Source of the DNA: Candidatus Kerfeldbacteria bacterium
Lineage (GTDB): Bacteria; Patescibacteriota; Patescibacteriia; UBA10025; JAHIVO01
Length of the DNA stretch: 64,000 nucleotides
NCBI GenBank assembly: GCA_016214565.1
Contig: JACROE010000002.1
Location: 472,007 to 536,006, forward strand
Direction of reading: 5' to 3'
Shown here: positions 41,663-50,577 of the stretch, in pieces
How positions within the stretch are numbered: position 1 is the stretch's first letter
Layout of the letters: each line of letters begins with the position of its first letter
The notes under the pieces: model-generated
The model's input: the letters and a program-made list of their open reading frames with translations, nothing else
Told to the model about the DNA's origin: nothing
The model's database searches: none
Program-made: the position numbers and the translations under genes

Positions 41663-42337
41663 ATGACACGCACGTTATTCTTTAAACTGTTGATGGCCGG
41701 TTCGGCTATTACTTTTCTCGGCATCGCCTGCGATCGGCCGATTCAGTCGCCAACGCAGTCTGGCTCTCCGCCGATGGATTCATCCGCCACCCATGATTCC
41801 ACCCGTAAGGGTGAGATTGAGCCAACCGCGGCCAGCATCGGAGGCCGGTTATCGGTCAAATGGCCACTCGGTGTCAGCCCCAGTGGATGGACGGGTGTTG
41901 ATGGTGATCGGACCGGCACATCGTCCTATCACCGCGGCGCTGAGTATTATGCTCGCGACCTGGCACACCCGTCATATACCAGAGTTTCCATTCATGCCGG
42001 TATCAGTGGACAGGTTGTGAAAGTGTACAAAACATGCGCCAACATCAATAGTGCCTGCAATGGTGGTTATGGTAACGAAGTTGTTGTGTACGACTGGAGT
42101 CGTCATGTGGCTGTACGCTATGCGCATCTGTCATTTGTGGCTCTTGATGTAAACTTGGGAACCTGGGTAAGCGTTGGGAGGTATCTTGGCGCCATGGGTA
42201 CGTCCGGTCGTTCATCGGGGCCGCATCTGCATATCGTATCATTTGAGAATATTGACCACTTCTCAGGTGGTTGGCCGATTATCCCGACCCCCAATGATGA
42301 TATGTATTACGCCTGCATCACCGCTTTTTACTTCTAG
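41663..42337 (+). CDS. Peptidase M23 (LytM-type) lipoprotein
   Basis: Lipobox LGIAC. HxxxD...GYGNEVVV...YAHL...G...SGPHLHIV M23 metallopeptidase motifs. Confidence 0.7.
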   Translation: MTRTLFFKLLMAGSAITFLGIACDRPIQSPTQSGSPPMDSSATHDSTRKGEIEPTAASIGGRLSVKWPLGVSPSGWTGVDGDRTGTSSYHRGAEYYARDLAHPSYTRVSIHAGISGQVVKVYKTCANINSACNGGYGNEVVVYDWSRHVAVRYAHLSFVALDVNLGTWVSVGRYLGAMGTSGRSSGPHLHIVSFENIDHFSGGWPIIPTPNDDMYYACITAFYF

Positions 42338-42421
42338 TAAAGAGATATCATCAAACCAATATTGTAGAGAGGTTCCTCGGCCTCTCTACAATAATCCATT
42401 TAAGTAATTAATACATAATAT

Positions 42422-42973
42422 ATGAAGAAAAATGTTTTACTCAGTGCCATCGTTCTCGCAGCAATCATCATTGTAGTGTCATTGATTCTTATATCGAAAA
42501 ACAATAATGAAGAAAATTCGACTAACGGTAACACTCAGATTTCCAATAGTTCTAGTTCTGAGAATATCCTCTATATTGCTAGTTATCATATATATGTGTT
42601 ACTCGAAAGCGATCAGCGAGCAGACACTTCTTCACTCACGCTAGTTGATTCATCGTCAGGTGAGATTAGGAAAACTTTTTCTACTCACGCCCCATCACAG
42701 TTACATAGTTTCATATGGGATGAAAAAAGCAGTCGAATTTATTTCTCGGCGACGTCTGTTTCCAAAGAGATTACCACATTCTTTTACATTGATCTCAATG
42801 ATCCGGATCCCAATGCGATTACCGAAATTGTATATGACCCCCAAAGCAAAATCTCCGGAACACTGAAACTTATAGGATCCAATAATGATACGATTTACTT
42901 TAATGACGGGGGCCAAGTGTATTCACTCAATGTTGCAAACGGTCTCAGCGCAGTTCCGACTGAGTTAGAATAG
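42422..42973 (+). CDS. Hypothetical secreted or membrane-anchored protein
   Basis: N-terminal TM/signal helix, about 160 aa beta-rich domain, low GC. Confidence 0.3.
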   Translation: MKKNVLLSAIVLAAIIIVVSLILISKNNNEENSTNGNTQISNSSSSENILYIASYHIYVLLESDQRADTSSLTLVDSSSGEIRKTFSTHAPSQLHSFIWDEKSSRIYFSATSVSKEITTFFYIDLNDPDPNAITEIVYDPQSKISGTLKLIGSNNDTIYFNDGGQVYSLNVANGLSAVPTELE

Positions 42974-43256
42974 TTTTTTCATTATGGATCTTTGATTATT
43001 CTCAACCCCAAAAACACGACCTTAGTATTTGGGATAGGTCGGTCGGGTTTTTGGCGCTCTAGGTAAGAATCGAAAACATTTCATTGCTCTCTCATCCATA
43101 GCTACCGCGGAAACGGTGTGGTCGGATGAAAGTGCGGTAGTGCTGAAACGCTTTTAGATTTCTTGAGCTTGCTTATATTCTAAGTTTTATTCCTAAACTG
43201 TCAAGCGCGCATGACAGATGGAAAGCATTAATTAACTAAGTATGCACAGATCTATG

Positions 43257-43679
43257 AATCTGAACAAAACGCAGATCATCGGAAACCTGGCGGTCAATCC
43301 GGAAGTCCGGACATTGCCTTCGGGTCAGTCGACCGCTTTCTTCCGCGTGGCCACCAGCCACCGCTGGGTGGACGTGAAGACAAAGAAGCGTCAGGAAGCC
43401 ACGGAATTTTTACCGGTGGTTGCCTGGGGGCGTTTAGGTGAGGTAGTGGGAAAGTACCTGAAGAAGGGCGATCGGGTATATCTCGACGGCCGGCTGCACA
43501 ATCGCAGCTGGGAAGGCCGAGATAAGCAGAAACATTTTCGTACGGAAATCGTACTGGAGAATCTCATCATGCTCGGCGGAGCTAAAAAGAAAGCCGGGGA
43601 TGCGACGACAAAGGTCAATGATGAGGTTGTCGTCGAGGAAATCGACGTTAATAAAGTGCCGGTTTCAGAAAAGGAGTAA
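43257..43679 (+). CDS. ssb: Single-stranded DNA-binding protein
   Basis: OB-fold SSB N-terminus (MNLNKTQIIGNLAVNPEVRTLPSGQSTAFFRVA...WHRVV-type...FLPVVAWGRLGEVV...KGDRVYLDGRLHNRSWE). Confidence 0.8.
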   Translation, partial: NLNKTQIIGNLAVNPEVRTLPSGQSTAFFRVATSHRWVDVKTKKRQEATEFLPVVAWGRLGEVVGKYLKKGDRVYLDGRLHNRSWEGRDKQKHFRTEIVLENLIMLGGAKKKAGDATTKVNDEVVVEEIDVNKVPVSEKE

Positions 43680-43754
43680 TCCTCCTTTTCTCCCGGGTCG
43701 TATCGTTCTTGGGGAAGGTCTCGATACGGTCCGGAAGAAAGAGGGTATTAATCT

Positions 43755-45869
43755 ATGCAACTACTATACATTTTTATCATTTTTATAATGATGGTTCCGT
43801 CTGGATTTGCCGCGGCAGAAGCTGGCCACGTTGTCATTAATGAAATTAAGGTTAGCGGTATCAGTGGCCAGAGTACTGATGAATATATTGAGCTATTTAA
43901 TCCGACTGGCAATTCTATTTCACTTACTGGTTGGCAACTGGTGAAACGAACGAGCACAGGTACTGAGTCGGTATTGGTAAGTAATTTTGGTGCTATGACC
44001 GTATTACCCCAGCGCTCTCTACTCATTACTCATCCGACGGGATATCTCGGTAAACCGACGGCAGATCTAGTGTATACGACCAGTAGTTCAATTGCTGACA
44101 ATAACACGGTTGTATTAAAAGACGCTGGTGGTCAAACCGTTGATATGGTTGGCTATGGCAGTGCGCAGACATTTGAGGGCGCGCCAGCGAGCAATCCGGG
44201 AAGTACGAAGAGTATTGAGCGATTGATGGTTGGTGGCGATAGTGATCATAATGCGAACGACTTTGTTATTCGTGATACGCCTACTCCGTCGAATAGCGCC
44301 TCCATAATACCGGACGAAGAACCAGCACCGGTAGTCTACTCCGATGCGATCCGATTAGCTGAATTATTTCCCAATCCGATAGGGACGGATGACGGTGAGT
44401 TCATAGAGGTGATCAACATGAGTGGAGAGAGCGTTGTGGTTACCGGCTGGCAATTAGGTGACACCAGTACCCGCCGGTATACTATTCCCGAATTATCTAT
44501 TCCGGGTCATGGGTATTATGCATTTCAAAAGTCAGCGACGGGCATTTCTCTGAATAACACCGGCGATACGGCGCAGCTGTATTGGCCTGATGGCACTTTG
44601 GTTGATGAACGTGAGTATGCGACTGCCAATGAAGGTCAGTCTTTTGCTTTGGTTGATGGAACGTGGCAATGGACCGATGCGGTCACCCCTGGTTTGGCTA
44701 ATGAGTTTCTGATTGCGAACGAACCGCCCGTGGCAGATTTTACGACTGATACTGAAAGCGTGCGCTTGTGGCAGACAGTGAGATTTGACGCGCGGTCAAG
44801 CGATGATCCGGATGCGGATCCGATTGAATATCGTTGGGATTTTAGTGATGGCACGACGGCATCCGGTGAAACGGCTGAACATGCCTATGATCGCACAGGG
44901 GTATTCATCGTTCGATTAACCGTCACTGATAGTCATGGCGCCGCCACTGATGAAACTCAAATGATTGAAGTTCGTGATTATGATTATTCTAAGGGCGTGA
45001 GGTTATTTGAACTATTGCCTAGCTGTTCACCAGCTGATAGTACGTGTGAATATATTGAATTGTGCAATGAGACTGATCAATCCGTTGATTTAGCAGGCTG
45101 GCAACTCACCGATCAATCAAAGTATTATACATTTTCCGAGGGCAGCTTTATTGGAGCGCAGTCGTGCCTGTCTGCCGATCGTCCAACTACCGGCATCGCC
45201 CTCAATAATAGTGGTGATACAGTTTACCTCTTGGATCCGTCGCGCGCGATTATTGACGGCGTGACCTACGGCAAAGCAAGTAAGGATTATTCTTTTGCTC
45301 GGGCCGATGGTCGATGGTTTTGGACGGAAGCGATGACGCCCGGCGCGCCGAATAAAATTGTTGAGTTAGACGTTGAAGATGAGACCAATGCAGATACCAA
45401 AAATACACTCGTTGATTTAGGCTTGGTGGCAATCAGTGATGTGAATGAGGAGATGGTTGGTTCGCGACTGACTATTACCGGTGAGGTGGAGCGGGTGAAC
45501 AGCCGGGGGATTTATGTCATGGATGAGCAGGGAACTATTGTGCGAGTATTTATCCAAAAAGCTACTGGCATCGAACCGCCCAAGCTTGAGCCAGGCAACC
45601 GTATTACTGTCAGCGGAATGCTGGATAAAACTAGCGCCGGTTTGCGGTTACTGCCTCAGACCGCTGATGATATTATTGTTCAGTCGGAGAGCGCTGGGGA
45701 AACTGGTCAGGTGCTGGGCGCAAGTACGGATCAATCGGTGGTGATACCGATTGAATCAAGCGGTGCTAATCACGCCACCACTCGATATTTAATAGTGGCG
45801 GGAGTGGTGGTGATTGCTGGAGTGGCCGCTTACATTATTAGAGAATATCGAGCTCGGCATCAGTCATAG
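43755..45869 (+). CDS. Surface protein with three lamin-tail domains (LTD), one PKD domain, a C-terminal OB-like domain and a C-terminal TM anchor
   Basis: LTD signatures VVINEI...EYIELFNPTG...LTGWQL (x3: 43.83, 44.35, 45.0 kb). PKD: RFDARSSDDPDADPIEYRWDFSDGTT...HAYDRTGVFIVRLTVTDSHG. C-terminal hydrophobic helix plus REYRARHQS. Confidence 0.6.
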   Translation: MQLLYIFIIFIMMVPSGFAAAEAGHVVINEIKVSGISGQSTDEYIELFNPTGNSISLTGWQLVKRTSTGTESVLVSNFGAMTVLPQRSLLITHPTGYLGKPTADLVYTTSSSIADNNTVVLKDAGGQTVDMVGYGSAQTFEGAPASNPGSTKSIERLMVGGDSDHNANDFVIRDTPTPSNSASIIPDEEPAPVVYSDAIRLAELFPNPIGTDDGEFIEVINMSGESVVVTGWQLGDTSTRRYTIPELSIPGHGYYAFQKSATGISLNNTGDTAQLYWPDGTLVDEREYATANEGQSFALVDGTWQWTDAVTPGLANEFLIANEPPVADFTTDTESVRLWQTVRFDARSSDDPDADPIEYRWDFSDGTTASGETAEHAYDRTGVFIVRLTVTDSHGAATDETQMIEVRDYDYSKGVRLFELLPSCSPADSTCEYIELCNETDQSVDLAGWQLTDQSKYYTFSEGSFIGAQSCLSADRPTTGIALNNSGDTVYLLDPSRAIIDGVTYGKASKDYSFARADGRWFWTEAMTPGAPNKIVELDVEDETNADTKNTLVDLGLVAISDVNEEMVGSRLTITGEVERVNSRGIYVMDEQGTIVRVFIQKATGIEPPKLEPGNRITVSGMLDKTSAGLRLLPQTADDIIVQSESAGETGQVLGASTDQSVVIPIESSGANHATTRYLIVAGVVVIAGVAAYIIREYRARHQS

Positions 45870-45964
45870 TTAAAGGGGAAAAGAACCGTCTTGCCTGAAG
45901 TTGGCTTCTTTTTTTTACCTAAAAAAGCTATACTATATATGTATTACTAATACTTATACCCCTT

Positions 45965-48379
45965 ATGACAACCAATGACATCAGCCAGTGGATTATTCAG
46001 TCTCGGGCAGCCGGGAAAACCGATCAGCAGATTCGAGAAGATTTGCGTTCACACGGCTGGCTAGCAAGTCAAATTGATATTGCCATGAATGAGTCAGCGG
46101 TAGCACCAGTGCGCCAGGCGCTGCATGCTCAGCAGCCGGTAGCGCGGGAAAGCATAGGGTCGGCACGTCGCGCCTGGGTGACCATGGGCTCGGTGTTGGC
46201 AGTGGTCGTGGTTGCGGCTGCGCTTTACTTCGTCAATGATCGATTTGATCTGATTGGAGGCCTCACGAGTTCCGGTGATCCCGTGACCAACGCGACGCTC
46301 GTGCCAATTCGAGATCAGTTAGCCGCCCAGAGCACACTGAAGCAATTTAATGATGCCGATGAACTTGTAGCGTATCTTCAAGCGAATTATTCCGCGGGAA
46401 GTTATTATGGCTTGAGCGGTTCAATGGCTCGATCTATAGATGCCGTTGGTGAGGCAATGCCCGCGCCGACCAGCGCCGTGGATGATATAGGCACTTCATT
46501 TGGTCTAGGGACCACGGATTTAACGGACACGAAACAATCTTTTGATTACTCTGGCACTAATCTTCAGGTAGCGGGCGTGGATGAGGCGGATATCGTCAAA
46601 ACTGACGGGGAGTATATTTATGCGGTGGTGCAACAAAAATTATACATTGTTGATGCACAGCCGGGAGCGGAAGCGGCAGTGGTGGCAACGATTACATTTG
46701 ATGATACGCCTCAGGATATGTTTATTAATGGCGATCGATTGGTTGTGTTTGGCGCTGATTACTCAATCAGCGAAAAGGCCGCAACTGATCTAGTGCGTTC
46801 ATCAAGCTATACCTTCCTGAAGATTTTTGATGTGACTGACGTTAAAAATCCCGTGCAGTTACGAGATTTAGACTTTGAGGGATATTATCTCCAGTCCCGT
46901 ATGATTGAGAATCATCTCTACTTGGTGACTACCCAACCGGCGAATATCGCCTATGATAATCCGATTCCCCTTATCTTAGAAGAGGGTAAAGAGATGTCTA
47001 CTGGCACTCAGCCAGGTCTCTATTATATTGATGCGCCATATCAAGCGCAGACCTTTACGGTGGTATCGGCAGTTGATATCCAATCAGCCGAGGCAGATGT
47101 GGCGAGCGAGGTGATTCTCTCTAGCGGAGCAGAGCAAGTGTACGTTTCGCCAACTAATTTGTATTTGGCCTCGACGAAATATGTAAATGAACTTCAGCTG
47201 ACCATGGATATATATCGGGAAGTGCTGAACCCACGTTTGAACGCTGAACAGCGGCAGCAGATCAAAGATATTGAATCGGCGCCAAATCACGTGCTCTCGG
47301 TTGATGAAAAAGCTCAGAAAATAATGAATATCCTAACGCTCATGGTTGAGGCGCTTTCCGATAACGATCAGGAAACGCTGCAGAAAGAAGTCGAGCAGGC
47401 CGTGACGGCGGCCTATGAGCGGATTGCGCCTGAGCTAGAGAAAACGGTTATACATCGTTTATCAATCAATAAGGGATCGGTGACTTATGATGCGAGCGGC
47501 GAGGTGACGGGGCATCTTCTCAACCAGTTCTCTATGGATGAGTCAGGCGGGTATTTCCGCATTGCCACGACGAAGAGCCAAACCTGGTTACAATTTTCTT
47601 CAGAGGAAATGGAATCATATAGTAATGTGTATGTGCTTGATAAAGATTTGGAGGTAGTTGGACGCCTCGAACAGCTGGCTAAAGGGGAGCAGATCTATTC
47701 AGTGCGGTTTATGCAGAATCGCGCCTATTTGGTGACGTTCCAGCAAACTGACCCGCTCTTTGCTATTGATCTGTCTGATCCGCGGAATCCAAAAGTTCTA
47801 GGCGAATTGAAAGTGCCTGGCTTCTCCTCATATCTTCATCCCTACGACGACAATCTGTTAATTGGCTTTGGCAAGCAAGCGACGGATGATGGCCAGGTAA
47901 CGGGTTTGAAATTATCCCTCTTCGATGTGTCTGACGTGACCAATCTGAAAGAAGTAGACACCTATGAATTCGGTGATGCGGGCAGTGATTCTATCGCTCT
48001 TACTGACCACAAAGCATTTCTCTTTGATAAGGAGAAAAATTTGCTTGTCATCCCCGTTTCCCTCCGTACGGTGACGGACGATGTGTTTGGTTCATATTCG
48101 ACGCATGGAGCGATGGTATTTAGCATTTCACCGAGCGGTTTTGAATTCCGCGATCGGATCGACCATTCTGATGGAACCGCCGATGACAATACTATTGACT
48201 ATTTCTACTCCTATCAATATTATGACACGATGGTGAAACGAAGCCTGTATATTGATGACCTATTGTATACTGTTTCCAATAAATACTTGAAGGCGCACAC
48301 CTTAAGCGATCTGAAGGAGGTTCGCACGGTTCCCCTGGGCACCTCGGCTGACGATATCACCATAGACGTTGTTCGATAA
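45965..48379 (+). CDS. Membrane-anchored protein with a large extracytoplasmic beta-propeller-like domain (N-terminal cytoplasmic helix-rich segment, one TM)
   Basis: 804 aa. A TM helix sits at about residues 70-90. The C-terminal half has repeated beta-strand-rich segments (YLVT, LYIDDLLY, etc.) suggestive of a propeller. Assignment is by composition only. Confidence 0.35.
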   Translation: MTTNDISQWIIQSRAAGKTDQQIREDLRSHGWLASQIDIAMNESAVAPVRQALHAQQPVARESIGSARRAWVTMGSVLAVVVVAAALYFVNDRFDLIGGLTSSGDPVTNATLVPIRDQLAAQSTLKQFNDADELVAYLQANYSAGSYYGLSGSMARSIDAVGEAMPAPTSAVDDIGTSFGLGTTDLTDTKQSFDYSGTNLQVAGVDEADIVKTDGEYIYAVVQQKLYIVDAQPGAEAAVVATITFDDTPQDMFINGDRLVVFGADYSISEKAATDLVRSSSYTFLKIFDVTDVKNPVQLRDLDFEGYYLQSRMIENHLYLVTTQPANIAYDNPIPLILEEGKEMSTGTQPGLYYIDAPYQAQTFTVVSAVDIQSAEADVASEVILSSGAEQVYVSPTNLYLASTKYVNELQLTMDIYREVLNPRLNAEQRQQIKDIESAPNHVLSVDEKAQKIMNILTLMVEALSDNDQETLQKEVEQAVTAAYERIAPELEKTVIHRLSINKGSVTYDASGEVTGHLLNQFSMDESGGYFRIATTKSQTWLQFSSEEMESYSNVYVLDKDLEVVGRLEQLAKGEQIYSVRFMQNRAYLVTFQQTDPLFAIDLSDPRNPKVLGELKVPGFSSYLHPYDDNLLIGFGKQATDDGQVTGLKLSLFDVSDVTNLKEVDTYEFGDAGSDSIALTDHKAFLFDKEKNLLVIPVSLRTVTDDVFGSYSTHGAMVFSISPSGFEFRDRIDHSDGTADDNTIDYFYSYQYYDTMVKRSLYIDDLLYTVSNKYLKAHTLSDLKEVRTVPLGTSADDITIDVVR

Positions 48380-48402
48380 ACAGATATTAATACGTTGTAT
48401 CC

Positions 48403-49506
48403 ATGAAACGGACGGTTATTGCGCTTCTCACCATTGTGGCGGTTACGATTTTGACTGCGGCGCATGTTTGGCTTTGGCAGAGTATTATTTTTCTCTTTGC
48501 CATCGATAGCCTCAGCGTGAAATGGGTTCTCGGCGTGCTGTTTGGCTTGCTAGCAATTGGTTTTCTCCCCACCACCTACCTGGTGCATGTTAAGGAAAAT
48601 AATTTCACCAGTGCACTGTATTTAGGTGCAGCTGTCTGGCTGGGCAGTGCGCTCTATATCGCCATTGCCAGTGCTATTGCACTCGTGAGTGTGTGGGTGT
48701 TTGATGTTGATGAATATCGCACGGTTATTGCCGGCATTTTTATGACACTTGGGTTGGCCTACGCGGGATATGGCGTGTGGAATGCTCAGTTCCCCCGGCT
48801 GAAACGGATTACTCTGAGCGCACAAAAGTTTCCTGCTTCCTGGCGCGGCCGGACTATTGTGCAGTTGTCTGATGTACACCTGGGCGCGGTTCATCATATC
48901 CGATTTATGCGCCGTGTGGTTAACGAGGTGAAGCGGGCTCAACCTGACCTCATTGTTATTACTGGCGACTTGTATGACGGCGTGGGTCGTGAATTGGGGT
49001 TGATGGCGCAACCGTTGGCAGAGTTGCGGCCGCCTTTGGGCATGTATTACATCATTGGCAATCATGAGACCTATGTTGGGCTTGATCGGGTTTTCGATGC
49101 GCTCAAGGATTTGCCGATGCGGACACTGCGCGATGAAGTCGTAGAGATTGACGGAGTGCAGCTGCTCGGGGCAGATTATCATCTGCCGGGTCATCAGCAT
49201 GACCCGCGTCCGGTGATTGATAGGCTTGATCACGCTCGACCCGCTATTGTCTTGTATCATGAGCCTGTACCAGAAATCGTCGAGCACGCCGCCGAGAAAA
49301 ATGTCACCCTGATGTTATGTGGCCATACGCACGTGGGGCAGCTCTGGCCATTTAGCTATATCACGAAGAAAATGTATCATCGCTATCACTATGGCCGTTC
49401 TGAAGTGAAAGGCATGACACTATATACGTCACCTGGCGTCGGTACTTGGGGGCCGCCATTGCGCACGGGTAACCGTCCGGAAATTGTCACTATGACGATT
49501 GAATAA
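48403..49506 (+). CDS. Membrane-bound calcineurin-like metallophosphoesterase
   Basis: Four N-terminal TM helices, then QLSDVHLG, ITGDLYDG, GNHE, GHTH(V)GQ phosphoesterase motifs. Confidence 0.75.
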   Translation: MKRTVIALLTIVAVTILTAAHVWLWQSIIFLFAIDSLSVKWVLGVLFGLLAIGFLPTTYLVHVKENNFTSALYLGAAVWLGSALYIAIASAIALVSVWVFDVDEYRTVIAGIFMTLGLAYAGYGVWNAQFPRLKRITLSAQKFPASWRGRTIVQLSDVHLGAVHHIRFMRRVVNEVKRAQPDLIVITGDLYDGVGRELGLMAQPLAELRPPLGMYYIIGNHETYVGLDRVFDALKDLPMRTLRDEVVEIDGVQLLGADYHLPGHQHDPRPVIDRLDHARPAIVLYHEPVPEIVEHAAEKNVTLMLCGHTHVGQLWPFSYITKKMYHRYHYGRSEVKGMTLYTSPGVGTWGPPLRTGNRPEIVTMTIE

Positions 49507-49768
49507 AAAAATACCGGGAGCTCTATTATGTCGATACTCCCGGTAATAATATGCGCCGTAAGAAACTACGGCCGCGAAGAAAAAAACCGCCACGGCTTGC
49601 ATAACAAGTAATACAGAAAGCCAGGCTGAAGGAATATAGCAAATAACGTCTGAACGGTCAATAGGTAGGCCCTTGACAGCTTGCCGGTTTTGTTGTAGCC
49701 TGGTATGTTTGATGACAAATAAACAATAGTTCTTATTACAACCCCCAAACAAGAGAAGGAGTCATAGG

Positions 49769-50272
49769 ATGACACCGAATCCAGACCGCCAAGTAGGCAT
49801 CGCTACAAGTTTCGCTGATGAATGCATACCGCTGCTTCATTCCGCCCGTGGCCATATGGTCAGGGCCAAGATGATTGAGCTTGATCAGGCTTTAGCCGAC
49901 GGTCAGCCTGTCACTGAAATTCTGTGCGATCTCAGTGGAATGCATCAGCCGGAATCAGTCGTTCAGGAATCGTTTTTGGCCGGATATCAGCTGGATCTGA
50001 TCAGAGTCGGTGCGACGACAAGAAAGTTCTGGCATACTAAATTGACCGCGCTGGGCATTTCTCAGGATCGGATTAATCGCGCCGAAGTGATTGTTAAGCA
50101 GGTCAAAGAGGCTCATCCCGATCAGCCGCGTCAGATTGAGGCAATTCATGGGCTTTGTGGCGAGGAATATTTCTTGCCACCGAGCGACGAGATTGTCGAT
50201 TTGCTCGGTGATTCACCGGAGGAGATTAATCCGGATACGGATATGACGGCGGGTTCCTCCAGGGGACGCTAG
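49769..50272 (+). CDS. Hypothetical cytoplasmic protein
   Basis: 167 aa. RBS AGAAGGAG 7 nt upstream. Terminator hairpin downstream at 50303-50338. Confidence 0.35.
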   Translation: MTPNPDRQVGIATSFADECIPLLHSARGHMVRAKMIELDQALADGQPVTEILCDLSGMHQPESVVQESFLAGYQLDLIRVGATTRKFWHTKLTALGISQDRINRAEVIVKQVKEAHPDQPRQIEAIHGLCGEEYFLPPSDEIVDLLGDSPEEINPDTDMTAGSSRGR

Positions 50273-50302
50273 TCAACTTATTTTTCAGACTGTTCATCAT
50301 AG

Positions 50303-50338
50303 GCGTACGATATTCCACTCGTGCGCCTTATTTTTTTG
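50303..50338 (+). terminator. Rho-independent terminator
   Basis: GGCGTACG-atattccactc-GTGCGCC followed by TTATTTTTTT. Confidence 0.5.
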
Positions 50339-50577
50339 GTGAAATAAAAAAACCGGGGACAATCGCTACCATGAACCCGCGAGCAAATACTCACGAAATC
50401 GTGTAAGCGATTGTCCCCTAGAAAATTGGAATGAGCTCCTTTTTCTTTTTGTTTTTAATTTTCTACCCTTATTATAGCGCAAAAAAAGGCTTTTGTCAAG
50501 CATTTTTACCTGTTCATGATCTGTGCATGAGGTTGTCATGGAACGGGCGAGGTAAAGCTGGTACAATACATGAATCT

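Noticed and set aside
48622-49287. 221-aa minus-strand ORF inside the metallophosphoesterase gene
   Set aside because: It is antisense to a gene with clear catalytic motifs (DVHLG, GDLYDG, GNHE, GHTH). No independent support.
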